Below are positions 53,456-64,000 of a stretch of DNA of 64,000 nt, piece after piece. The notes beneath the pieces are model-generated. The model had not been told where the DNA came from, did not search any database, and saw only the letters and a list, made by a program, of their open reading frames with translations. Positions within the stretch are counted from its first letter, which is position 1. Each line of letters begins with the position of its first letter. The stretch covers positions 1,364,001 through 1,428,000 of the forward strand of contig NC_043011.1 in the NCBI RefSeq assembly GCF_006345805.1, read 5' to 3'. The DNA is from Octopus sinensis (taxonomy: Eukaryota). Both the position numbers and the translations under genes were made by a program.

Positions 53456-56400
53456 ATAAACTGTAATAATATTTGTAATTGTTTATTTTTTCTCCATTGA
53501 TTGTGAGTACGTGTACATGTACTTTTGATACCATAATAGGATGTCTATTTTGATGTGTAGTTTATAAACTGAGGCAGCTTGTTTTTCGTTCTGAAATCCA
53601 AAAGAATCTAAAATTCAGAACACAAATGTCCCCAAGGGTTCCGGATAAAGGATTGTGTACCTGTAGCAGTTTACTAGCAAAGAAAAATTTTCATTTTTAC
53701 TTGCAAAGAATTGCAGACAAGTCAGGTCTGATGGCCTGCACAAGATCTCCTAGGTTGATGCGATTGATACACATGGACTCAAGTTTCTAGGTGGTTACCC
53801 ATCCTCAGCAGGTGTTAATCATCAGCTAGAGATGAAAACTCATCCCACTCACAAAATTCTATATGCTTTTTCCAGTGATGAACCGTTGCTAACCTTGAAA
53901 AAATTAGAAATAAGTTATATTAAATCTTTGAGCAAGATGTAAACAGTAGCAACATGGAATCGTAATGAGAGCATTTATACATCCATATCTGTTAACGGAT
54001 ATTTTCAATATTTTTCTTGCTGAATTCCATGTTCGTTTCTCTTTGTCATCTGTGATTTTATTTTTGATCTTCTATATAAATGAAGATATTTCCTCTGTCT
54101 AGTCCTCTGTCTGGCTGTTTTTCTCTCTACAGAACTGAAAGTTACATTGTAGAGCAGTCATTTTAACAAGTTGTATTTATTTAGCACCAGCTTTGCTTGT
54201 TACTATGGAAACAGACACAAATATGAGATTTATGGGCATGTTGCATAATGGTGGCTTTTGATTGGCTAATATTGCCAAAAATTTATGAACTTTAAAAGCT
54301 ATTAACTTTTTGTTTATTGATTTATGACAAAAATAAATCAGTAAACCAATAATTGTAAACAACTGGAATAAAATTGAAAAAAAAAAATCAAATCTGTAAC
54401 AGCAACCAAAAAGATCCTAGATGGGTTTATGTTTTGTTGGAACAATTTCTGGAAGTAGATACTTTTCTTACTTCTGCTAACCATCTATCAAGTAGGTGTG
54501 AAACTTGATTTGAGCAGTCAGGGAAGCTGATTAGAGTCAGGACAACTATGTTACTTTCTTACTTATAAAGTGACTATAAAGTCACTAGCCATTATACCCT
54601 GGGGTTATAATGACTGTGAAGTGAAGGTACTGGGCTTAGATATGTTTCAAACATCTGCATTCACCTGAGAACATCTATAAATTCACTGGGCAACATGAAG
54701 CTCAAACTGTAATAAATAGCAAATATATTTCAAATTCATATATTAAAATTACCATTTTGTTTCTTGTTAACAAAATATTCTTTTCATTCTAACTGTATAA
54801 TTTATCATTCTCTCATGAGGTTTGAATTGCTCTGAACAACTACTAGAAATTAATTATTAAGTGCTCATCCATTCTCTATATTGTTTTATACTTTATATTT
54901 TGGATTTGCTTTTACTTATTATAGACTGGTCAGAGGAGAATGGCAATACTCATGACCATTCTTTAAGGCCTTCATAAACCGATGAAATTGATGTTTAGTT
55001 TAAAAACCTGCAGGCTGACTTCTGCATGAAAGCATTGATGGGAAGTGATTTCCAGATGGATAAAGGCTTGATGAAAATTACTGTGATAAAAGTATTTAAT
55101 ACAGAATCTGATAGAGAAACAGTAGAATGAAGAGTAAAAATAATTATTTCTGCTGGGCCTACGTGACATATTGGTGTATGAATCTCTTTGTCAATCATTA
55201 AATTGACTTTATTTTAAATACAGTCTAGATTGTTTGAATGTGTATCAGCATTACCATCTCAGATGCATGAATAGTACTCCAAGTTGGGTTCATAATACAT
55301 TAACAAGACCAACTAATTATAGTATAAAGGTGTAATAAAATTAAAAGCAAAATACCAACTTTTACCTGAGAAACCTCTTTTATTTTAAATGCTCCTAACA
55401 GTAAAATTCCTTAAAGGCCATCTATGAAAAAGGAAGAAAAACTTTAGAATTTTAAGCCACTGCAAACTGAAGGAAAGATATAAAGGTTTATCCACTGGTC
55501 ATATATTTGTTGCTTGAAATATAAATAACACACTGTATACATGAAGAATTTTCAGAAAATCTAAGAGATTTTGCTTTGAGCTATAAATGCAGTATTGGTA
55601 CAGGATATGTAATAAGTGTTCTTCCACACTATAACTAATTGAATACAATCAAAGCTTTCCCTATCAAAACAACAACTGACATTGCCAAAAGAAAAGAAAA
55701 AATATGTATGTTCTGAAAATAGGTACATTTTGAATCTAAAATAACTAGAGAATAGTAAATGTGCTGTGTCCATCAGTTTTGAGACTCAAGATATATTAAA
55801 AGGAACTGTAAAGAATAAAATGACTTTTAGACCAATTTATTTTATACTGAATACAAAAACTCAGAGTAATTGATATAAAGATCTAACATCATAAACAGAA
55901 TAAGATTTGACATGTTATGTTCTGCACTCAGTTCCTTTGCAAACTGAGACATTAATTCTTCAATAAAGGAAAAATTTCTGATAATGAAGAAATATGTAAC
56001 TGTAATAAAGTGTGTTAAGTAACCAATTAAAACCTCATGATCTAGAATTATCCACTAGAAAAGATGTAAAAAAGAAATATTACCTCATCAGTGTTGCTAT
56101 TTTCCATGGGCAACTGTATACAACAGAGCTTCTAAAGGAATTGGAATTTTATTCCAAATTCCTTCATACAAACAAAATGGTTTTAGCTATGCTGTCAAGG
56201 GAAATCTATGGAACACTTCTGTACTCACCATGTTTACTTTGCAATGGAAAAATAAGACTTGTCTTTGGATATTCTGATGTTTTTATATATTTTATGTTAT
56301 ACTTTATTAAGTTGGTATCTTGCAAAGGGCCAGTCATGCACTACTATAAACAGATATTCCTCAAACTTCTAAAACACTATTGTAAACAGATATGCCCCTA

Positions 56401-57324
56401 AAACTTCAAAAAGTACACAAAATTTCAGGCACATACACATGCACTGTAGCGAAGCATACAAAAATAAGAGCATTGGTACAGGTGCAGTAGAAAATAATTC
56501 AAATCCAGTAGTTTTACCTCTGATCAGTAATGCAAGGAAACTGTTTGCTTTACAAAAGAGAAAAGAAAAAAGTGAAATGTATATTGCAATGACCAGTGTC
56601 TCATTGCCTGCTGTATAAATAGTGGTACTGGCAAAGAGGGGACTTATACACTGAAAGTTGAGAATGCTTCTAAATACTCACAAAAGAACAACTGAACAAA
56701 GTCTCAGTCAATGTTTGGAGTGATGCTGTTTCTATCATACAGGCATGAGTATATTGAAGCATGTGCCTGGGTCTCAATCTAAAGATGAGACATGCCATAC
56801 ACTTGCTTACAAGACTGTGCTGCAATATAAGGTGTAGTGGAACATTCGGTCACAAAGGACAATGAATCAGACATTGACTTTTGGGTCATCATTTCATTTG
56901 TCAAATAAGACTAGCAGGTTGTGAGCACTGACGTTAACAAAATAACATGCTATCTGATAAGGTTTACATAGACATACAGACCATGGTGACCACTGGAGAC
57001 CACTTCAGGGTTGTGCTTCATGATAAGTGCAGAAAGAAGGACCATGAAACTAAGAGTGTGGAGCAAAATGCCCATCTGTATAACATGTGTTACAGTAAAA
57101 GTAACTTGATGGCTTTCTGCCCTTGGAATATGAAAAGACAAAGTAAAAGGAAAGCAGTAAAAAAACCAACAGAGGTGCACCAACAACAGTAATACAACTC
57201 AGTACCACCAGTCAGCTCTAAAGGATTGCAAAATCAATTACCTTGGATTCACTGCCTGGACTTGAAAACCAGGGTATGCATCGTAGCTGAACCATCTCAG
57301 CATATGCAATGGCGAGAAGTACAT

Positions 57325-57788
57325 GGATGAGCTGGCAGAACCGTTAGCACACCGGGTGAAATGCTTAGCAGTATTTCGTCTACCGTTACGTTCTGAGTTC
57401 AAATTCTGCTGAGGTCGACTTTGCCTTTGTTCCTTTCGGGGTCGATAAATTAAGTACCAGTTACACATTGGAGTCGATATAATTGACTTAATCCATTTGT
57501 CTGTCCTTGTTTCTCCCCTGTATGTTTAGCCCCTTGTGGGTAATAAAGAAACAGAATGGCGGCGAGCTGGCAGAACCGTTAGCATGCCGGGTGAAATGCT
57601 TAGCAGTATTTCGTCAACTGTTACATTCTGAGTTCAAATTCCGCCATGGTTGACTTTGCCTTTCATCCTTTCGGGGTCGATAAATTAAGTACCAGTTACG
57701 CACTGGGGTCGATGTAATCGGCTTAATCCGTTTGTCTGTCCTTGTTTGTCTCCTCTGTGTTTAGCCCCTTGTGGGTAGTAAAGAAATA
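57325..57788 (+). mobile_element. Two tandem SINE family B copies (57325-57551 and 57558-57788)
   Basis: Two consecutive full family-B matches. Confidence 0.9.
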
Positions 57789-58117
57789 GGATATTAGAGA
57801 AGGGTGACATGCAGACAAGAAATGAATAAAAAATAGAAACCAGCCCAAACTGAAGGCACTGACATATATGGAAAGAAACCCCACCCTTCCTCAAAAGTTC
57901 CAGATGTATCTGCTGAATAGTTTGGAGGTGGGGGTTATGTGGTTGTCAGTTTAAATGAAGATCAGAAATTTTCCTCTGAATGTAAAACTCAGAAATGGAA
58001 AATGGTTGAAATCGAGAAGTACTCTAATTCGACCCAAGTGGGGGATTTTCATCTGCCTATGGGTCAGTTGATTGAGTTTTAATTGTATTTATCTACTTCT
58101 AATTCTACATATATTCA

Positions 58118-58512
58118 TTTACTTGTTTCAGTTATTTGACTGTGGCCATGCTGGAGCACCGCCTTTTAGTCGAGCAAATCAACCCCAGTACTTATTCTTT
58201 GTAAGCCCAGTACTTATTCTATCGGTCTCTTTTTGCCGAACCGCTAAGTGACGGGGACGTAAACACACCAGCATCGGTTGTCAAGCAATGCTAGGGGGAC
58301 AAACACAGACACACAAACATATACACACACACACATATATACATATATACGACGGGCTTCTTTCAGTTTCTGTCTACCAAATCCACTCACAAGGCTTTGG
58401 TCGGCCCGAGGCTATAGCAGAAGACACTTGCCCAAGATGCCTCGCAGTGGGACTGAACCCGGAACCATGTGGTTGGTAAGCAAGTTACTTACCACACAGC
58501 CACTCCTGTGCC
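58118..58512 (-). mobile_element. SINE family A, full length
   Basis: Reverse complement of the family-A sequence. Confidence 0.9.
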
Positions 58513-59047
58513 TATATTTATTTATTTTTTTTTATTTATTTTGTATGAAATATTTAGTATGTATTTAAGTGTTGTATAATGCTCTTGCCCCATCTTTTGT
58601 TTTTATATAACTTTACTTGTATATTTTCACATATTCTGTAAGCCATAGTTTTATTGTGGAGCTACCAACAACCCTCGGAATCTGGTTGGTTTCTATATTT
58701 CTCATGACATTGGGGCTAAAGTTGTTTACAAGCATATTTTTTTAAAATCCAAAGCATAAAACAAAGAGGCATTTCCTCCAGTCAGTAAGTAAGAGGGTGA
58801 TGAAGGGGAATTATCTTCAAAAGCTTCCTCTTCTGTGAAAATGTCTTCCCTTCCTTGAAGAGGTGAGAGGCAACAGTAGTTGCAGCAGCAACAATTACAA
58901 CAACGCAGGAGTGGCTGTGTGGTAAGTAGCTTGCTAACCAACCACATGGTTACGGGTTCAGTCCCACTGCGTGGCACCTTGGGCAAGTGTCTTCTGCTAT
59001 ATGCCTTGTGAGTGGATTTGGTAGACGGAAACTGAAAGAAGCCTGTC

Positions 59048-59085
<38 letters not shown>

Positions 59086-59176
59086 ATATATATATATGTA
59101 TATATATATGTATATATATATATATGTATATATATATATGTATATATATATATATGTATATATATATATGTATATA

Positions 59177-60855
59177 TATAAAATATTATTCGAGACAAAA
59201 CCACTATTTTGCAAAACAAACAAGGAAAGACTTAATTAATACATAAAATTTTAATAAATAGTCAAAAAAACCGCCACTACAATCGTTTCTTGTCTTGATC
59301 GACAATCTTCAGGTGGACTTCCAATCTAAAAAATCAATATTTTAAAATATAAAAATAATAATTTTAAAATAATTAAAGTATGAATGAAAAAATATAAGTA
59401 TATAATCCATATATAACCTATCTATAATCCATATATAAACAATATATAAACAATATATAAACTAAAAAAACCTATCAACAATTAAATATAAAATATAAAA
59501 TATAAAATATAAAATATAAAATATAAAACAAAACAAAAAAAAAAAAAAATAATAATAATATAATAATAAACTATATATACACCCATACGCATATACCTAA
59601 TTATATATAACCATATCTAACTACATACACTAAATCACACACCTATATATATATCTCTATACATACACATAAAAATGTCTAGGCAACTATAAATAAATAA
59701 AATAGCTAAATACTTCAACACAATACTTATTCATACTCCCACACACACACACATATACAACCCACATTCACGCTCTAGAAAACGGACATCACTCAAAACT
59801 ATGAACGGAGAAATGGAATAAATGGAATTAAAAATTATATTCACTTGGTAAAACGAACACTACTTAAAAATTATGAATGAAACAATGCAATAAAACAACA
59901 GACATCGCAAATAGACACAAATTACTACAAATTCCTTATCAAACCTACCATGATAACCAAAACTCATAAAAACATATAATGATAAAATCTCCCTTTACTA
60001 AACTCTATAACAAACCTATATAGCAATCCCCCTAACCTAAACATTCACACACAAATACACACACGTAAACCACACACCCACGACATATACAAATACCCAC
60101 ACCACTTACACATACCAATACATACATATAAACCTCAACATATACTCCAAAAACCCACTCAACCCCACACAGACAAATAAACACAAAAATTATGAATAGA
60201 TTCTTTTATAAAACTACCATGATAAGCTAAAACTCACAAAACAGAAATGATAAAACCTCCCTTTACTAAACACTAAAACATACTTATATAGCAATTCCTT
60301 TAACCTATACATTCACACACAAAACCACTCGTAAACCACACACCCATAACAAATACAAACTCCCACCCCACTCACACACACCCAGAAGTACATATAAGCC
60401 TCAACATATACACCAAACAAAATTACTTTACCAAGGAACTTAACATATATATAAAAAGTATAACCGCTCTGGAAACGAACATCTCTAAATTAATGAATGG
60501 AGAAATGGAATAAATGGAATTAAAAATAAAATTCACGTGGCAAAACGAACACCACTCAAAAATTATGAATGAAACAATGTAATAAAACAACCAACATCGA
60601 AAATAGACAAATTACCACGAATTCCCTAAAAAAACCATGATAAACCAAAACTCCTAAAAACATATAACGATAAATCTCCCTTTGACTATTTATTAAAATT
60701 TTATGTATTAATTAAGTCTTTCCTTGTTTGTTTTGCAAAATAGTGGTTTTGTCTCGAATAATATTTTATAATATTTTAATATAAAATCGATTTAATCCTA
60801 AATCTGATTTTTTCCCTGTAAATTTGGATTTATTCCCTAATATTTATTATTATTA
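59177..60855. mobile_element. Second copy of the Penelope-derived fold-back family (long left arm, short right arm 60681-60770, plus tail)
   Basis: Same left boundary TATAAAATATTATT(C/T)GAGAC and same right tail as 41625-45055. Confidence 0.85.
59274..59316 (-). ncRNA. Minimal type-I hammerhead ribozyme (intact core)
   Basis: Same 43-nt motif as 41721-41763. Confidence 0.8.
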
Positions 60856-61395
60856 TGTATATATATATATAATATATATATGTATATATATATATATATG
60901 TACATATATATATATGTATGTGTGTGTATGTGTTTGTGTGTCTGTGTTTGTCCCCCTAGCATTGCTTGACAACCGATGCTGGTGTGTTTACGTCCCTGTA
61001 ACTTAGCAGTTCGGCAAAAGAGACCGATAGAATAAGTACTGGGCTTACAAAGAATAAGTCCCTGGGTCGATTTGCTCGACTAAAGGCGGTGCTCCAGCAT
61101 GGCCGTAGTCAAATGACTGAAACAAGTAAAAGTAAAGTAAAGTAAAGTAAGTAACATCGATAACTACAAGAATAATAGCTTCCACTACAAATATTGCACA
61201 TAGCCCTGCCCCCAATATTATCCCCACCAATGTCCCATCCAGTACCACTCTCACTGTAGCAGCTAACATCTATAATACCAGTACTTTAATACAACCTCTA
61301 TTAAAATGAAGATTAACAAACTGATAATAGCAGCTGAGGCATTGTTTGACGAAAGTGGTTGTATGTGGAGTAAATTCTTATAAACTTCAGATTTG

Positions 61396-61470
61396 GACCA
61401 CAGTAGTGTAATGGTGTTTGACCACAGTAGTGTAATGGTGTTTGACCACAGTAGTGTAATGGTGTTTGAC
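61396..61470. repeat. 24-bp tandem repeat, three copies
   Basis: GACCACAGTAGTGTAATGGTGTTT repeated three times. Confidence 0.95.
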
Positions 61471-61899
61471 ACTACAGAAGTTAACGTGGTTGATACCATT
61501 CTAAAACATTACAAAGCTTTGGGTGGAAAAAAGATCAACTAAGAGCAAATCAATGGAGTTGCCATTGGCACCTGGTGAGACAAGTCCATGCCTCCAGACT
61601 TGAGATCTGCTTCATACCAAATTTCAAGTGAATAGGAACTGGGATGAAGGTACAAGTAGATTAACCAATCTCACTCAGAAATGGACAGAACAAATGGTAT
61701 CTCTCAAATGATCAGGAATTGCTGAGTTAAGCAATACATCATGTAAAATTTTAACGTTTCATGAATGAGATATTGGTAGAGCAATTCTATCAAATTGAAA
61801 ATCTCTGAAACTCCAACAAACCCAATGTACTTGTGACGATTTGTACTGAATAAAATATAAACAGTAGTCATTGGTTTAGTATTTCTCTCGAAATTGCAG

Positions 61900-62895
61900 A
61901 GAAAGTTCCTGTCATTGTTGGACAATCTAAAATCTGCTCTCAATACCCGATCTTAATTTCTTTGTTGATCATCATTTTTTTAACTTACGTAAACTCTGAG
62001 ACATCAATCTGACTTCAATCTCTGAGACAAGATGAAATGAATTCAAAGTCTATTCAAGTGATGAATTGCCAGTTTTGCAAAGCACTTCTGGCAATTTGTG
62101 CAGCTGAAATGCCTTCTGTATCATACCAGCACTTAGACACTGGCATCAGCTCCTTCAATGAGTGTAAGAGTCCCTGGGGCTAATAAATTCCTTGTTACAT
62201 GACTCAGGTCTTTTGATGAACTGTAGATATCTTGTTTATATTATTTTCAAAAATTCAACATCTAACTGGCATAAAGGCCATCAGAATAATAAATAATATT
62301 CCAGTCTGTTGGCTCTCTCAATGTTGGAAATTTATTGAGTTTAAACTTTAACGATGCTTATTTGCTTCAAATCAACTGAAACGAGTAACAAAATATTGGG
62401 GTATTTTACAGTATTGCTCATTCTATTAACATCAAGTGATATGTCTGGATAAGTTTATGTAGATACCCACATCACCTGACATGTGAGTCTTTTAATTCAG
62501 ATTTCTCATCTTTACTTAAATCATTGTTTTCCCTTAGTGACTTTACTTTCTTTATCTCTCTTGGAGATATGGGTATGTGTAAATCATGATTATCAGTAAT
62601 TCCACTCTTTGATTGACTGACATTTCATTCCAAATATTTGAATGATTTCCTTCTTTAAATACCTTTGCAGTATTGTAATCACATCCTTTTATCCTTTTCA
62701 AAATAATTCATTTCCACAAAATATAAAATCCTTCACATGAATAACAAGAATACCCATTTATTTTCTACTTGCATTGTGCCCGAGAAATAAAACATTGTCA
62801 TAAACTCTCACTAACCCTTCCAGTTTGATCAATACTTGAGGGACGTTCTTAAATTATGACCAAGGGGCACCATTCAGTACATAGAAACATCTCTT
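61900..62895 (-). mobile_element. Possible heavily decayed copia-like RT/RNase H remnant
   Basis: Minus-strand pieces KRCFYVLNGA (cf. KKCVYGL.DA), TLTLIEGAD and MINKEIKI in copia-like order; many stops. Confidence 0.4.
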
Positions 62896-62908
62896 CGATT
62901 TCCATACC

Positions 62909-63137
62909 TATTTCTTTATTACCCACAAGGGGCTAAACACAGAGGGGACAAACAATGACAGACATAGGTATTAAGTCGATTACATCGACCCCAGTGCGTA
63001 ACTGGTACTTAATTTATCAACCCCGAAAGGATGAAAGGCAAGTCGACCTCGGCGGAATTTGAACTCACAACGTAATGCAGACGAAATACCGCTAAGCATT
63101 TCGCCCGGCATGCTAATGTTTCTGCCAGCTCGCTGCC
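62909..63137 (-). mobile_element. SINE family B with a 12-bp TSD
   Basis: ATTTCCATACCT at 62898-62909 and 63139-63150. Confidence 0.9.
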
Positions 63138-63817
63138 AATTTCCATACCTGTGACTTTAGCATTCAGATTACTCTGTCAAATGTAATGCTTACTTATTCA
63201 TGTTGTTTTGTATTAATTATGCATTATCTTGTAGCTTTAAAATTTTGATGAAATGATTGTTTATTTTTTTGGATGATATTGTAGGGTAGGTGTAAGAGAC
63301 CAGATCTGGACAGTTTAAAGATAAAACATGTAGAATATTTGGTCTGAATGCTGGTAGATTTCAGTGAATTGCCTTATAAAAATGCTGAGTTGAAATCAAA
63401 AGTCTGTACTCACCTATACTCATAATATAGTACTCTGTACTCATAACTGATGCAGCTAAAATTATTAACCAAATAGCTTCATGCCTAGATGTCGGAAAGT
63501 CTGTTTTAAGATCATTTGAGTCTTTCTTATTATCACATGCAACAAAATTGACTTTCATTATGTTTTAATTATCTTTGTGTTTTGCAATCATTAGCCATCT
63601 TGATAATATAGTTTTCTAATCTAAGACAATGAGCTGGCAGAATCATTAGCATGCTGGGCAAAATGTTTAGTTGTCTTTCATCCAACTTTATGTTCTGGGT
63701 TCAAATTCTATCGTTGTGGACTTTGCCCCTCATCCTTATAGGGGTCAATAAAATAAATATCAGTCAAACATTGGGGGTTGATGTAATCAACCTGCCCCTT
63801 CTCCCGAGATTCCCGGC

Positions 63818-64000
63818 CTAATTTGAGCACCATTTTCATCTAACGAGCTGCTCAAGTAGTAACACTCCATGACAAAAGCATTAATTTGCTTGCTCCATCT
63901 ACGCCGTGTGTGGTGGTCCCTTTCTGAATATGGAGAGGCTGGAGCCGGACCAAAATCTCTGAGCCTACCGGGTGTAACACTGTCACCATCATTGACTTCA
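63818..64000 (-). mobile_element. R4/Dong-clade LINE N-terminal ORF fragment (continues beyond the window)
   Basis: Open frame EVNDGDSVTPGRLRDFGPAPASPYSERDHHTRRRWSKQINAFVMECYYLSSSLDENGAQIR; W...N.FVM.CYY resembles R4/Dong N-termini. Confidence 0.65.

Larger units (their letters stand above)
52223..53663 (+). mobile_element. Tigger/pogo-like DNA transposon deletion derivative
   Basis: TIR-like AAGATATACGATCCTTTATCC and GGATAAAGGATTGTGTACCTG with TA flanks; C-terminal transposase-like text ...EILLRQKPILMRQLTLEEVFK. Confidence 0.65.
58904..61153 (+). mobile_element. SINE family A split by a PLE-derived insertion (head 58904-59049, tail ~60920-61153)
   Basis: Family-A head and tail are colinear on either side of the internal (TA)n tract. 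Confidence 0.85.

Noticed and set aside
55366-55421. Minus-strand 56-nt exon-like segment with good splice signals
   Set aside because: Stops in all three frames and no supporting partner exons
56012-56401. 129-aa ORF
   Set aside because: No recognisable motif and AT-driven composition
61989-62103. Minus-strand exon ending at a GTAAGT donor
   Set aside because: Stops in all frames; lies in a probable copia-like remnant

Overview
AT-rich, repeat-saturated animal genomic DNA, most likely intronic or intergenic. The SINE families and (TA)n/(CA)n density strongly resemble an Octopus genome; this is recognition, not a database result. No intact protein-coding gene is supportable: the long listed ORFs are microsatellite read-throughs or transposon remnants. 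The window holds several SINE families, Penelope-like elements (PLEs), R4/Dong, RTE, CR1/Jockey-like and copia-like fragments, mariner and pogo/Tigger DNA transposons, two MITEs, a non-autonomous Helitron and a ~1 kb 16-mer minisatellite. The most striking signal is a non-coding PLE-derived fold-back family with two copies (41625-45055 and 59177-60855). It carries three identical, intact minimal type-I hammerhead ribozyme motifs, a reproducible ~85-nt one-sided tail and a small hairpin at the strand-switch point. Decayed or partial hammerhead motifs from up to four other unrelated repeats are also present. Weaker candidates are a 27-nt microexon near an RFX X-box and a pre-miRNA-sized hairpin.
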